From the NCBI GenBank assembly GCA_003565775.1, contig PXAT01000060.1, positions 14,222-78,221 on the forward strand: a stretch of DNA of 64,000 bases, read 5' to 3'. The first letter of the stretch is position 1. The number at the start of each line of letters is the position of its first letter. Under the pieces are notes generated by a model. The model worked only from the letters and a program-made list of their open reading frames with translations. It ran no database searches and was not told where the DNA came from. The translations under genes were made by a program, and so were the position numbers. Of this stretch, positions 37,764-52,529 are shown in pieces. This stretch comes from Ectothiorhodospiraceae bacterium (lineage in GTDB: Bacteria > Pseudomonadota > Gammaproteobacteria > Nitrococcales > Aquisalimonadaceae).

Positions 37764-38618
37764 ATGCATGATGACCGCGTCCTTCCGCTATTCGGCTCCG
37801 GACTGCCGCTGTCGCGGCCGCTGAAAGGCCTCTACCGGGATCAGACATTCCCTGACCATGGTCGCGCAGGTCCTTGGATCTACGCCAATTTCGTACAGAC
37901 CCTCGACGGCCGCATTTCACTGATCGATGAGCTAAGTGGGGTCGAAGGTGTCGCCGCCAGCATTGCCGATCCCCGCGACTGGCGCCTGTTCCAGGAACTT
38001 GCCTCGCATGCGGACGTGCTGCTTTCCAGCGGGCGTTATCTGCGGGATCTGCAGGCCGGTACGGCTCAGGACATCCTGCCGCTCGGCGGCAGCCCCGATT
38101 TCCTGGACCTGCATGCCAGCCGCCGCGACAAGGGCCTGCCACCGCAGCCTGACGTGCTGGTGATCAGCGCCAGCCTGAATTTCACGGTGCCGCAGCTGCT
38201 TCTGAACCAGGGGCGAACCATTCACATACTGACCACCGCGGATGCCGACGCAGCTCTGCAGCGGCAACGCGAGTCCGAGGGTGCCATCGTTCATCGACTG
38301 GATGCCGGGCAGCGCGTTGGCGGTAAGGCCATCGCCCGCACGATCGGCGAGTTGGGTTATCAGCGGGCCTACTGCGCCACCGGTCCCTGGGTGTTTCACA
38401 CGCTGGTCGCCGATCGGGTGCTGGATACGCTGTTCCTGACGACCCGTCACCGGCTTGTCGCCGGCAACGGTGGCAGCTTTGTCGCCGGCCCGGCACTGGA
38501 GCCACCGGTGGACCTTGCGCTGGAAACACTGTTTCTCGACCTGAGCTCGACGGTCGGCCAGTTCTACGCCCGCTATCGCGTGCGTGAGGGCGCGGCGAGC
38601 CGTTCCGGAAGCACCTGA
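37764..38618 (+). CDS. RibD C-terminal-domain / dihydrofolate-reductase-like reductase
   Basis: 284 aa. ..PWIYANFVQTLDGRISL.. is typical of the RibD_C fold. Confidence 0.6.
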   Translation: MHDDRVLPLFGSGLPLSRPLKGLYRDQTFPDHGRAGPWIYANFVQTLDGRISLIDELSGVEGVAASIADPRDWRLFQELASHADVLLSSGRYLRDLQAGTAQDILPLGGSPDFLDLHASRRDKGLPPQPDVLVISASLNFTVPQLLLNQGRTIHILTTADADAALQRQRESEGAIVHRLDAGQRVGGKAIARTIGELGYQRAYCATGPWVFHTLVADRVLDTLFLTTRHRLVAGNGGSFVAGPALEPPVDLALETLFLDLSSTVGQFYARYRVREGAASRSGST

Positions 38619-38630
38619 GGCATCCGCGGC

Positions 38631-38675
38631 GCCGGCCCCGACAGACGCGGGTATCAAGCCATGTTTCCCTGATCA
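38631..38675 (+). repeat. Intergenic repeat family, copy D (short variant)
   Basis: GCCGGCCCCG-ACAGACGCGGGTATCAAGCCATGTTTCCCTGATCA matches both ends of copy A but lacks the central CGCCTTGCC..CGGGCG block. It fills the gap between the convergent ribD-like and fumC genes. Confidence 0.45.
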
Positions 38676-40061
38676 GTCGCGGCCCACGATCCCGCCGCGG
38701 GTCAGGGTCCAGGGATCGAGCAACCGTTCCAGTTCGGCGCGACTCAGGTCGGACTGCTCCTCGGCCACATCAATGACCGGGCGCCCCTCCGCGTAGGCCT
38801 GCTTGGCAATGGCGGCACCCTGTTCGTAGCCGATCACGGCATTCAGTGCGGTCACCAGAATCGGGTTGCGTGAGAGCGCGTCCTGCAATCGATCGGACTG
38901 CACCGTGAACCCTTCCACCGCCTGGGCGCCAAGCGCCGACGATGCGTTGGCGAGCAGCGAGACGCTTTCAAGTAATGTATCAGCCACAAGAGGCAACATC
39001 ACGTTTAACTGGAAGTTTCCTGACTGTCCGGCGATTCCGATCGTGCCGTCGTTGCCCATTACCCGGGCGCATACCATCGCCACGGACTCGGGAATCACCG
39101 GGTTCACCTTGCCGGGCATGATGCTGGAGCCGGGCTGCAGCGCCGGCAACGCGATCTCGCCGAGGCCGGCCAGTGGACCGCTGTTCATCCAGCGCAGGTC
39201 GTTGGCGATTTTCATCAGTGCCACGGCCAGGGTCCGCAGCTGACCGGAAAAGGCGACGGCGGCATCCTGGCTACCGAGGGCCTGGAATGGATCCGCTGCC
39301 GGCCGGAATGCGAGCCTGGTGCGCTCCAGCAGCGCGCGACTCACCCGAGTGCCGAACTCCGGGTGCGCATTGATCCCCGTGCCGACCGCGGTTCCGCCGA
39401 TCGCCAATGCGAGCAGGTCGTCGGCCGCATGCCGCAGGCGTTCTCGCGATGCATCGATCTGTGCCGCCCAGGCGCCGATTTCCTGACCCAGCGTTATCGG
39501 CATGGCGTCCATCAGATGCGTCCGTCCGGTCTTGGTGACGGCCTTCAGCTCTTCGGCCCGCCGGACCAGACTGCCATGCAGGCCGTCGAGGGCCGGCAGC
39601 AGGGTCTCCTGCCAGGCCAGCATGACGCTCACGTGCAGCGCCGTCGGAATCACGTCGTTGCTGCTCTGGCCCATGTTGACGTGGTCGTTCGGGTGGCAGG
39701 CAAGCCCTGAAGTCTGGTGCGCGACCCGCGCAATGACCTCGTTCGCGTTCATGTTGCTGCTGGTGCCCGACCCGGTCTGGAACACGTCCACCGGGAAATG
39801 CCGGTCATGCTCTCCCTCCGCGACTTCCTCGGCGGCCCGGATCACGGCACTCGCAATGTCCGCATCCAGCAGCCCAAGGTCGGCGTTGACCTCGGCCGCC
39901 GCCGCCTTGATCAGTCCCAGCGCATGAATGAAGCGTGGCGGCATCGGACGGCCACTGATCCGGAAGTTCTGCACCGCACGCTGGGTCTGGGCGCCGTACA
40001 GGGCCTCTGCGGGCACCTGTAGCTCACCCATGCTGTCGCTTTCGGTCCGGTAATCGCTCAT
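38673..40061 (-). CDS. fumC: Class II fumarate hydratase
   Basis: Track ORF is 38673-40109. ATG 40061 (MSDYRTESDSMGELQVP) has a GGGAGA RBS. TGSGTSSNMNANEV and GSSIMPGKVNP signatures. Confidence 0.9.
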   Translation of the reverse strand: MSDYRTESDSMGELQVPAEALYGAQTQRAVQNFRISGRPMPPRFIHALGLIKAAAAEVNADLGLLDADIASAVIRAAEEVAEGEHDRHFPVDVFQTGSGTSSNMNANEVIARVAHQTSGLACHPNDHVNMGQSSNDVIPTALHVSVMLAWQETLLPALDGLHGSLVRRAEELKAVTKTGRTHLMDAMPITLGQEIGAWAAQIDASRERLRHAADDLLALAIGGTAVGTGINAHPEFGTRVSRALLERTRLAFRPAADPFQALGSQDAAVAFSGQLRTLAVALMKIANDLRWMNSGPLAGLGEIALPALQPGSSIMPGKVNPVIPESVAMVCARVMGNDGTIGIAGQSGNFQLNVMLPLVADTLLESVSLLANASSALGAQAVEGFTVQSDRLQDALSRNPILVTALNAVIGYEQGAAIAKQAYAEGRPVIDVAEEQSDLSRAELERLLDPWTLTRGGIVGRD

Positions 40062-40126
40062 TGATGTCTCCCTGGTTCGACTGGCCTTTGCGGCCGGGTG
40101 TGGTTCCACCGTCGGCGCATCGCTAG

Positions 40127-41539
<1,413 letters not shown>

Positions 41540-41563
41540 GTGGGCCTCGCCGAGATCTCGGGC

Positions 41564-42688
41564 ATGCCGGAACCGGAGCGGTTCCTGCGCGATTACTGGC
41601 AACAGCAACCGGTGCTGATTCGTCAGGCGTTCGCGGATTTTCGCTGCCCGATCTCGATGGACGAGGTTGCCGGCCTGGCGCTGGAGGAATCTGTCGAATC
41701 ACGACTGGTTCGCGGTTCGGACAAGGTCGGCTGGGACCTGGCCCACGGCCCGTTCGACGAGGCGACCCTCACCGGACTGCCGGAGCGCGACTGGACCCTG
41801 CTGGTGCAGGACGTTGACAAGTTGCTGCCGGAACTGGCGCCGGTCCTCGATCGTTTCACCTTCCTGCCGCGCTGGCGCCTGGATGACCTGATGATCAGCA
41901 TTGCCGCCGATGGCGGCTCGGTGGGCGCGCATCGCGACCGCTACGACGTCTTCCTGCTGCAGGCGGAGGGCCGCCGCCGCTGGCTGATCGACAGTCAGCC
42001 GAACAGCGACCTGGAAGACGAAACCGGCGGACCCCTGCGGCTGTTGCGCGACTTCCGGACCAGCGACGACCTGCTGCTGGAGCCCGGCGACATGCTGTAT
42101 CTGCCGCCGGGTATCCCCCATCACGGGATTGCCGACGGCAACTGCCAGACCTGGTCGATCGGTTTCCGCGGGCCGAAACCGGCGGACCTGCTGGCCGAGC
42201 TGTTCCAGTGTCTGGTCGAGCGCTGCCCCGATCAGGTGCTCGGCGACCATCTGCAGCAGCCGGCGCCAGGAACCGTCGATCTGGATCCAGCCAGCCTCAC
42301 GGCCCTGCGGAACACGCTGCGCGCGACCATGCAAGCCGATGATGCGCTGCTCGACCATTGCATCGCGGCCGCTCTCGGCGCGCCCAGGGGCGGGCGCGAC
42401 AGTGCGCTTGACGACGTGGCCGCGATTCCCGATCCGCTTCCGCCCAACGCGCAGCTCGAACGCAATCCGGCAACCCGCTTCCTGCGGTTGCCCGAAGTGC
42501 GGGATCTGCTTTACGTCAATGGCGAGGCATGGACTGTCGACCCGGCCTGCCGCGCGCTGATCGAAACGCTGACGGTACAGCGACGGCTGCAGGTATCGGA
42601 CCTGCACCTCGAACGGCACGGCGAGGCCGGCAGAAAATTGCTGACACGCCTGCTGGAAGGCGGCCACTGGTGGATCCTTGATGACTGA
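41564..42688 (+). CDS. JmjC/cupin-4 family oxygenase (ribosomal protein hydroxylase RoxA/YcfD-like)
   Basis: Track ORF starts at GTG 41540; ATG 41564 gives MPEPERFLRDYWQQQPVLIRQAF. ..GGSVGAHRDRYDVFLLQ..G.RRW.. is the His/Asp facial-triad region. Confidence 0.65.
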   Translation: MPEPERFLRDYWQQQPVLIRQAFADFRCPISMDEVAGLALEESVESRLVRGSDKVGWDLAHGPFDEATLTGLPERDWTLLVQDVDKLLPELAPVLDRFTFLPRWRLDDLMISIAADGGSVGAHRDRYDVFLLQAEGRRRWLIDSQPNSDLEDETGGPLRLLRDFRTSDDLLLEPGDMLYLPPGIPHHGIADGNCQTWSIGFRGPKPADLLAELFQCLVERCPDQVLGDHLQQPAPGTVDLDPASLTALRNTLRATMQADDALLDHCIAAALGAPRGGRDSALDDVAAIPDPLPPNAQLERNPATRFLRLPEVRDLLYVNGEAWTVDPACRALIETLTVQRRLQVSDLHLERHGEAGRKLLTRLLEGGHWWILDD

Positions 42689-43112
42689 CGATGCGTTCGT
42701 GATTCGCGATGGCGACTGGGACAGTCTGCGCGGCGAGGCGGCGCTGATCCGCTTCGGCGTGTTCGTGCTGGAACAGGACGTGCCGGAGGAACTGGAACTG
42801 GATCTGCTGGATCCGGACTGCCGCCACTGGCTGGTGCATGACCGGAACGGCGAGGCCATTGCGACCGCGCGCCTCGCCCCGGACGGGCAGATCGGCCGCA
42901 TGGCGGTCCTCCCCGACTGGCGCGGCCGCGGTGTCGGGACCGCCCTGCTGCGGGCCATTCTCGCGCATACTGATGAAAGCGGGCATCCGCGTCCTTACCT
43001 GCATGCCCAGGAACAGGCCGTCGGCTTCTACGAACGAGCCGGTTTCGTCGCCGAAGGCCCCCTGTTTGATGATGCCGGCATCCCGCATCGCCTGATGCGT
43101 CTGCCGCCCTGA
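42681..43112 (+). CDS. GNAT-family N-acetyltransferase
   Basis: About 143 aa. ..IGRMAVLPDWRGRGVGTALLRAIL.. is the acetyl-CoA-binding motif A. Confidence 0.75.
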   Translation: MTDDAFVIRDGDWDSLRGEAALIRFGVFVLEQDVPEELELDLLDPDCRHWLVHDRNGEAIATARLAPDGQIGRMAVLPDWRGRGVGTALLRAILAHTDESGHPRPYLHAQEQAVGFYERAGFVAEGPLFDDAGIPHRLMRLPP

Positions 43113-43131
43113 ACTGCCCGGGAGTCTCACG

Positions 43132-43623
43132 ATGGAAGCTGATTCCTCGCCCCGCCGCCTGAATTCCCGCGAAGAAACCCGTGACGTGGTGATTGCCCTG
43201 GTCGAGGGTGCACGCGGGCATCTGGACATCCTGTCGCCGGTGCTGGATCCGGCCATTTTCGATCAGGCGGATGTCGTCACCGCCATCCGTGAACTGGTCG
43301 TCCGCGCCAGTGCCCGGGCGCGGGTCCGCATCCTGGTCGAGGATGCCGCCGCCGTGGCCCGCAACGGTCATCAGTTGCTTGCCCTGGGGCATCGCCTGAG
43401 CACTGCCATCGACTTCCGACGACTGGCAGCCGAGGATCGTGGTGGCAGCGACAGCCTGATCATCGCCGATCGGGACGGCTTGCTGCGCTGGGACGCAGGC
43501 ATCGGACTGCATGGCGTGGATCGCAGCAAGGATCGGGTCGCCGCCGTTGCCGAGGGGCTGGAGTTCGATCGTCGCTGGGAGCGTGCCGCCGACGATCCGG
43601 ACCTGCGCCGTCTCGCCCTCTGA
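43132..43623 (+). CDS. Hypothetical protein
   Basis: 163-aa ORF with coding-like composition and no motif I can name. Confidence 0.5.
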   Translation: MEADSSPRRLNSREETRDVVIALVEGARGHLDILSPVLDPAIFDQADVVTAIRELVVRASARARVRILVEDAAAVARNGHQLLALGHRLSTAIDFRRLAAEDRGGSDSLIIADRDGLLRWDAGIGLHGVDRSKDRVAAVAEGLEFDRRWERAADDPDLRRLAL

Positions 43624-43800
43624 GGTCGCAACTCCCGGTCCTCGTCGCCCCTCCCCGGACCGGCCTCGTCGAACCGGGAATCCGAAAAATGGAAACCATT
43701 TCCATTTTTCATGCATCGCACTGCAACATCCGCTAGACTGTCGGGCTACGTTTCTTGTTCCCACGGCGCCGGACCCGGCGCCTGCAGCGCGGAGGCTTGC

Positions 43801-45963
43801 ATGGTCGAGCGGATTGAAACAGGTGGTCTGAAAGTCGCAAAGAATCTGTATGACCTGGTCGCGAACGACATCGTGCCCGGTCTCGGAGTCGAGACCGACA
43901 CTGTCTGGCAGGCCCTGGGCGACATGGTCCGTGACCTGGGTCCGAAGAACCGTGAACTGCTGGCGACGCGCGATCGGATGCAGCAGCAGATCGATGACTG
44001 GCATCTGGCTCGCCGGGGGCAGCCGCATGATCACGCGGCCTACAAGCAGTTCCTGCAGGAGATCGAATATCTGCTGCCGGAGGGCGAACCGTTTACCGTC
44101 AGCACCGGGAACGTGGACGCCGAGATTGCCGAAATCGCCGGTCCGCAATTGGTGGTGCCGACCAACAATGCCCGCTTTGCCCTGAACGCCGGTAATGCCC
44201 GCTGGGGCAGCCTGTACGATGCCCTGTACGGCACCGACGTGATCGCCGAGGACAACGGACTGGAAAAGAGCGGCGGCTTCAACGAAAAACGCGCCGCCGA
44301 AGTGGTCAGGCGCGCCGCGCAGATTCTCGACCAAGCGGCCCCGCTGAATCAGGGCAGTCACGCGGACGCGCGCAGCTACAGCGTGCAGGACGGACAGCTG
44401 GTGGTCGCCACCGGGTCCGGTGAAACGGCACTGGCCGATGCCACCCGGTTCGTCGGGTTCAATGGCGATGCCGCTGCGCCCGAAGCCGTCCTGCTGCGCC
44501 GCAACGGCCTGCATCTGGAAATCCAGATCGACAAGAATGACGCCATTGGCAGCAAGCATGCCGCCGGGGTCAAGGATGTGCTGCTGGAATCCGCGGTCAC
44601 GGCGATCATGGATTGCGAGGACTCGGTGGCAGCCGTCGATGCCGAGGACAAGGTCGGCGTCTACCGGAACTGGCTCGGCCTGATGAAAGGCAATCTCGAA
44701 GAGACCGTCAGCAAAGGTGACAAGACCTTCACTCGCCGTCTCAATCCGGATCGTCATTACACCACGCCGGATGGCGGCTCCCTGACCCTGCCCGGTCGCG
44801 CGCTGATGCTGGTGCGCAATGTGGGTCACCTGATGACCACGCCGGCGGTCCTGGACGGGAACGACCAGGAGATTCCGGAAGGCATGCTGGACGGCATGAT
44901 GACCGCCCTGTGCTCGCTGCATGACCTGAAGGGTCTCGGCAAGCACCGCAATTCGCGCACCGGCAGCATGTACATCGTCAAGCCCAAGATGCATGGCCCG
45001 GACGAGGTCGCCTTCGGTTGCGAGATTCTTGACCGTGTCGAGGATGCCCTTGGCCTGGCGCGCAACACGCTGAAGATCGGTGTCATGGACGAGGAGCGCC
45101 GGACCACGGTCAACCTCAAGGAATGCCTGCGTGCCGCCCGCGAACGGGTCATCTTCATCAACACCGGCTTCCTCGACCGCACCGGCGACGAGATTCATAC
45201 CTCGATGGAACTGGGGCCGTTCAAGCGCAAGGACGCCATCAAGGGTGAGCCCTGGATCAAGGCCTACGAGGACTGGAACGTCGATATCGGTCTGGAGTGC
45301 GGCCTGCAGGGGCACGCTCAGATCGGCAAGGGCATGTGGCCCAAGCCGGACCGCATGGCGGAAATGATGGAGGCCAAGCTGGGTCACCCGAAGGCCGGCG
45401 CCAACACCGCCTGGGTGCCCTCGCCCACCGCCGCCACCCTGCACGCCACGCACTATTACCAGGTGGACGTGATGGCGGTTCAGGAAGAGCTGAAGAAGCG
45501 CGGTCGTGCCCGCCTGGACGATATCCTCACCATTCCGGTGGAAGCGAATCCGCAGTGGTCGGGCGACGAGATTCAGCAGGAACTGGACAACAACGCCCAG
45601 GGCATTCTCGGTTACGTGGTGCGCTGGATCGATCAGGGCGTGGGCTGCTCCAAGGTGCCGGACATCAACGATGTCGGCCTGATGGAGGACCGGGCCACGC
45701 TGCGGATTTCCAGCCAGCACATCGCCAACTGGCTGCATCATGGCATTGCCAGCGAGGAACAGGTGATGAAGACCATGAAGCGCATGGCCGAGGTGGTGGA
45801 TCGGCAGAATGCCGCCGACCCGCACTATCAGGCCATGGCGCCGGGCTTCGATGGCGTTGCCTTCCAGGCGGCCTGCGATCTGGTCTTCAAGGGTCGCGAG
45901 CAGCCCAGTGGCTATACCGAGCCGGTCCTGCATCGTCGCCGCCAGGAAGCCAAGGCAGGCTGA
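43801..45963 (+). CDS. glcB: Malate synthase G
   Basis: Track ORF is 43711-45963. ATG 43801 ([20 protein letters not shown]..) gives about 720 aa, the typical MSG length. ..[15 protein letters not shown]-like region and a MSG-type C-terminus. Confidence 0.9.
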   Translation: MVERIETGGLKVAKNLYDLVANDIVPGLGVETDTVWQALGDMVRDLGPKNRELLATRDRMQQQIDDWHLARRGQPHDHAAYKQFLQEIEYLLPEGEPFTVSTGNVDAEIAEIAGPQLVVPTNNARFALNAGNARWGSLYDALYGTDVIAEDNGLEKSGGFNEKRAAEVVRRAAQILDQAAPLNQGSHADARSYSVQDGQLVVATGSGETALADATRFVGFNGDAAAPEAVLLRRNGLHLEIQIDKNDAIGSKHAAGVKDVLLESAVTAIMDCEDSVAAVDAEDKVGVYRNWLGLMKGNLEETVSKGDKTFTRRLNPDRHYTTPDGGSLTLPGRALMLVRNVGHLMTTPAVLDGNDQEIPEGMLDGMMTALCSLHDLKGLGKHRNSRTGSMYIVKPKMHGPDEVAFGCEILDRVEDALGLARNTLKIGVMDEERRTTVNLKECLRAARERVIFINTGFLDRTGDEIHTSMELGPFKRKDAIKGEPWIKAYEDWNVDIGLECGLQGHAQIGKGMWPKPDRMAEMMEAKLGHPKAGANTAWVPSPTAATLHATHYYQVDVMAVQEELKKRGRARLDDILTIPVEANPQWSGDEIQQELDNNAQGILGYVVRWIDQGVGCSKVPDINDVGLMEDRATLRISSQHIANWLHHGIASEEQVMKTMKRMAEVVDRQNAADPHYQAMAPGFDGVAFQAACDLVFKGREQPSGYTEPVLHRRRQEAKAG

Positions 45964-45988
45964 GGCGGAATCGAGATAACTGGAACAA

Positions 45989-46014
45989 GGCCCGGCACTG
46001 CCGGGCTTTTTTTT
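45989..46014 (+). terminator. Rho-independent terminator after glcB
   Basis: GCCCGGC-act-GCCGGGC followed by TTTTTTTT. Confidence 0.8.
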
Positions 46015-46070
46015 GTCCGGCGTCCGACCCGCCTTGACGCAGGTGCGCGCATCCACTGGTATAAGTCGGT

Positions 46071-46991
46071 ATGGATCCGCGTATGCGCCAGCTTTTTCGT
46101 CCGTGTCGATACCTCGCCCTCGCATCGCTCTGTGTGGCGGTTTACGGCTGCATGCTTTTCGACCGCACCGGGGAACCCGAGCGAACAACTGTGCATCCGG
46201 AGGAATTGCCGGCGCTCACGGAGCTGAGCTTTGCGCATTCGTCGCTCCGGTTTCACCCGCAGAGTCCGGGATTGGCGGCACAGCTCGAAAGCCTGTCGGG
46301 TATCAGTCGGGATGTCTGGAGCCTGCCGGTCCAGCAGGTCATGCATCGCCAGGAGACTGGCCTCGGCAGCGGAGCCGTACGGTTGAGCACGCCCGGTTCC
46401 GGTGAGCCGGCTGCGGCCGGAAGCAGTCGCGCCCCGGCCCCTGCGGCGGACGGCTTTTTCTACACCGAGCATTTGAACCGGATCACCGAGCAGACCGCCC
46501 GCGCCGTGTTGCAGGGACGAACGGTCTTTGTCCTATCCACTGCAAGAGACAGTCAGCATGCCGGCTCTTCGGGCGCACAGCATGATCACGACAGGCACGA
46601 CGACCCGGTCAGGCGCCATGCGGTGTTTGCGCTGGCTGAACAGAGCGGAGCGCTTGCCCGTTTCGAGACCGACGGTGTTGATCCGGTCCGGATCGCGGAC
46701 GGGTTGCCACGGGGGCTCCCCTCCCAGGCCCTGCAGTTCGATCTGGCTAGCGGTCCGGACCGGGTGCTGATTGGCTACCGCGATCACGGTATTACCCTGC
46801 CGGCTCCGGCCACCCTTGGTGGCATGATGGTGCTATGGGGACCGGAATTCAAAGGCTCGGAAGATCGTTATCAGGATCTTGTCTACGGGCACTTGAGCGC
46901 CGATCTGCAGTTGCTGAGGATATCGTCTGCGCGGTTGCCGGGAACTGACATTCAACAGAGCGCGATCACGTCAATCGCATCGGACCGTTAG
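46071..46991 (+). CDS. Putative lipoprotein, unknown function
   Basis: 306 aa. N-terminus ..YLALASLCVAVYGC is lipobox-like. Confidence 0.5.
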   Translation: MDPRMRQLFRPCRYLALASLCVAVYGCMLFDRTGEPERTTVHPEELPALTELSFAHSSLRFHPQSPGLAAQLESLSGISRDVWSLPVQQVMHRQETGLGSGAVRLSTPGSGEPAAAGSSRAPAPAADGFFYTEHLNRITEQTARAVLQGRTVFVLSTARDSQHAGSSGAQHDHDRHDDPVRRHAVFALAEQSGALARFETDGVDPVRIADGLPRGLPSQALQFDLASGPDRVLIGYRDHGITLPAPATLGGMMVLWGPEFKGSEDRYQDLVYGHLSADLQLLRISSARLPGTDIQQSAITSIASDR

Positions 46992-47043
46992 CCAATCCAC
47001 CAATGTAAACAAGAACCGGAACTTCCTGGAGGGGACAAGGACA

Positions 47044-47388
47044 ATGATTGCCGTTATTTTCGAAGTGGAACCGAAGGCGGGCTGTCGGGATGCCTATCTC
47101 GATCTTGCCGCTGAACTGAAACCCCTGCTGGCGGATATCGACGGTTTCATTTCAGTGGAACGGTTCGAGAGCCTGACCACACCGGGCAAGGTACTGTCCC
47201 TGTCGATCTGGCGGGATGGAGAGGCCGTGCAGCAATGGCGTGCGGTCGCCGAACACCGGGTCGCCCAGGCCCGCGGACGGAACGAGTTGTTTGCGAACTA
47301 TCGCCTGCGGGTGGCGGGCGTGCTGCGGGATTACGGCATGGATCAGAGGGAGCAGGCACCGGCCGACAACCGCGCCGCGCTGGAATAG
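47044..47388 (+). CDS. Antibiotic-biosynthesis-monooxygenase (ABM) domain protein
   Basis: 114 aa. MIAVIFEVEPK.. and ..SLSIWRDGEAVQQWR.. are typical of the ABM ferredoxin-like fold. Confidence 0.7.
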   Translation: MIAVIFEVEPKAGCRDAYLDLAAELKPLLADIDGFISVERFESLTTPGKVLSLSIWRDGEAVQQWRAVAEHRVAQARGRNELFANYRLRVAGVLRDYGMDQREQAPADNRAALE

Positions 47389-47400
47389 GTCGGTGTTTTC

Positions 47401-48397
<997 letters not shown>

Positions 48398-49531
48398 CTA
48401 GAATTTCAGTTCCTCGAAGAAACGCTTCGCCTTGTCCAGCCAGGATGAGGTCTCCGGATTATGCCGCTTGCCGCCCTTGTCCAGGGTATTCCCCAGCTGT
48501 TCCAGCAGATCGCGCTGCTCGCGGGTCAGGTTGACCGGTGTCTCTACCATCACGCGACAGAGCAGATCGCCCTGCGGACCGCCACGCACCGGCTTCACGC
48601 CCTTGCCCCGGACGCGGAACACCTTGCCACTCTGGGTTCCTTCGGGGATCCGCAGCGTGACCCGGCCGGACAGGGTCGGCACCTCCAGTTCGCCGCCCAG
48701 CGAGGCGGTCACGAAACTGATCGGCATGGTGCAACGCAGGTGTTCGCCATCACGCGTGAAGATCGGATGCTCGCGCACCATGACCTGCACGTACAGGTCA
48801 CCGGGCGGGCCGCCGCGTTCTCCGGGCTCACCTTCGCCGGACAGGCGGATCCGGTCGCCGGTATCGACCCCGGCCGGAATCTTGACGGCGATTTCCTTGG
48901 TGTGTTCGGTACGGCCCTGCCCCTGGCAGTCCCCGCACGGGTCGGTGACCACCGCTCCGGTACCGCCGCAATGGGGGCAGCTTTGCTGAATGGAGAAAAA
49001 GCCCTGCTGAACGCGGACATCACCATGGCCCTTGCAGGTCGGGCAGACATCCGGCGCCTTGCCGTCACGCTGACCCTTGCCGTCGCATGTGCCGCAGGGG
49101 GTCCAGCTCGGAATGCGGATCGTGGTTTCGGTGCCGTGCACCGCTTCTTCCAGCGACAGGTCCAGGTTGTAGCGCAGGTCGGCACCGCGGAACATGCCCG
49201 CGCCGCCACCGCGGCGACCACCGAAGATGTCACCGAAGACGTCCGAAAAGATATCGGAGAAATTGCCACTTCCGCGGGGGCCGCCACCGCCCATTCCGCC
49301 GGCACCGTCCACCCCTGCATGACCGAACTGATCATAGGCCGCCCGCTTGCGCGGATCCGTGAGCACCTCGTAGGCGGTCTTCACTTCCTTGAAGCGCGCC
49401 TCGGCGTCCGCATCGCCAGGATTGCGATCCGGGTGGAATTTCATGGCCAGGCGACGGTACGCCTTCTTCAGATCGGCTTCAGACGCGGTCTTCTGGACCC
49501 CGAGAACCTCGTAATAATCCCGATTTGCCAT
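48398..49531 (-). CDS. dnaJ: Molecular chaperone DnaJ
   Basis: J domain [24 protein letters not shown], a G/F region, and four CxxCxGxG motifs. Confidence 0.95.
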   Translation of the reverse strand: MANRDYYEVLGVQKTASEADLKKAYRRLAMKFHPDRNPGDADAEARFKEVKTAYEVLTDPRKRAAYDQFGHAGVDGAGGMGGGGPRGSGNFSDIFSDVFGDIFGGRRGGGAGMFRGADLRYNLDLSLEEAVHGTETTIRIPSWTPCGTCDGKGQRDGKAPDVCPTCKGHGDVRVQQGFFSIQQSCPHCGGTGAVVTDPCGDCQGQGRTEHTKEIAVKIPAGVDTGDRIRLSGEGEPGERGGPPGDLYVQVMVREHPIFTRDGEHLRCTMPISFVTASLGGELEVPTLSGRVTLRIPEGTQSGKVFRVRGKGVKPVRGGPQGDLLCRVMVETPVNLTREQRDLLEQLGNTLDKGGKRHNPETSSWLDKAKRFFEELKF

Positions 49532-49630
49532 ACGTGTCTGCGTCCTGTCGGTATCGACGGGCGGAACAGCGGCCGCCGCGCCAGCATGCGTCCGGTCCGT
49601 CGGTCAATCGTTCGATAAGCGGTGTCGCAA

Positions 49631-49665
49631 CGACAAAGGCGCAGGATGATAACGCATCCTGCGCC
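49631..49665 (-). terminator. Hairpin (partial terminator/attenuator) between dnaK and dnaJ
   Basis: Minus strand reads GGCGCAGGATG-cgttat-CATCCTGCGCC followed by TTTGTCG. Confidence 0.55.
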
Positions 49666-49717
49666 CGCTAACCTGCCCGAAGCCGCGCCGGGGCGCGGCG
49701 CGATCCCCGGGTCCGCC

Positions 49718-51643
<1,926 letters not shown>

Positions 51644-51702
51644 AATCAATGCTCCTGTTCGTTCTTGCAGCGGCTGTGCCGCAAATCAATGCGATGCCCT
51701 CT

Positions 51703-51730
51703 ACATTTGGGCTGCGCGGGGCTTTTCAAG
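51703..51730 (-). promoter_or_regulatory. Candidate sigma32 (RpoH) promoter of dnaK
   Basis: Minus strand reads CTTGAAAA-N12-CCCAAATGT. The -35 overlaps the grpE stop codon. The -10 is imperfect vs CCCCATNT. Confidence 0.4.
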
Positions 51731-52322
51731 CCCGGGTGTCAATTCCATCCTCGTCGGCGGAACGCGCAACGATGACCATGGCCGGTCGCAGCAGGCGGTC
51801 GTGCAGCGCGTACCCCTTCTGCACCACCTGCATCACGGTATTCGGCGCATGCTCGCGGGACGGTTGCATGGCCATGGCTTCATGCCGCTCGGGATCGAAC
51901 TTCTCCCCCAGAGGATCCACCAGCGCAATGCCGAATCGCTCCAGCACCTGCTCCATCATTTTGAGCGTCAGTTCCGCGCCCTCGCGCAGACTGGCGACAC
52001 TGGCACCGTCTTCCTCGGCTGCCTGCACGCCCATTTCCAGACTGTCCTTCACCGGCAACAGATCGGCCGCCAGCTTTTCCACGCTGTACTTGCGGGCCTG
52101 CTGCACATCCCGCTCGGCCCGCCGACGGATGTTTTCCAGCTCTGCACGGGCGCGCAGAAACTGATTCCAGTTGTCTTCCGCCTTTTCCTCGGCGGCCTCG
52201 AGCGCGGCCCGCAGCTCCGCTTCCCGGCCGGTCTCACCGCCCTGCTCCGCGGTATCCGCTGCGTCGGCGGAGGAATCCTGCGCCACAACATCGTCCTCGG
52301 TCCTGCGTTCTTCGTCGGCCAT
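51726..52322 (-). CDS. grpE: Nucleotide exchange factor GrpE
   Basis: Track ORF is 51726-52448; ATG 52322 gives MADEERRTEDD... GrpE-like coiled coil and a C-terminal beta domain. Confidence 0.9.
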   Translation of the reverse strand: MADEERRTEDDVVAQDSSADAADTAEQGGETGREAELRAALEAAEEKAEDNWNQFLRARAELENIRRRAERDVQQARKYSVEKLAADLLPVKDSLEMGVQAAEEDGASVASLREGAELTLKMMEQVLERFGIALVDPLGEKFDPERHEAMAMQPSREHAPNTVMQVVQKGYALHDRLLRPAMVIVARSADEDGIDTRA

Positions 52323-52500
52323 GATGACTCCTGTACTGTCCTTCTCGTCCCGCGGCCCGCAAAAAAGCACGCGGTTCCGGGGATGACGGTTTACTGCCAA
52401 TAAAACTCGGGGCACGCCACCACGCGACCATGCCGCCCGGAGAAACACCGGCGCTTTCGCATCGGGGTACGAACGAGCGGTGTTCTTCTGTCCCGGAAGG

Positions 52501-52529
52501 GAATGGGGGGTCAGTGCTTTTTATTCAAG
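52501..52529 (-). promoter_or_regulatory. Candidate sigma32 (RpoH) promoter of grpE
   Basis: Minus strand reads CTTGAAT-aaaaagcactgacc-CCCCATTC. The spacer contains the hrcA stop codon. Confidence 0.5.

Noticed and set aside
42511-46188. 1225-aa minus-strand ORF, the longest in the track
   Set aside because: It lies antisense to well-supported roxA-like, GNAT, hypothetical and glcB genes. The product is Arg/Gly/Ala/Pro-rich low-complexity sequence with no motif. Stop-free antisense frames of this kind are typical of high-GC DNA.
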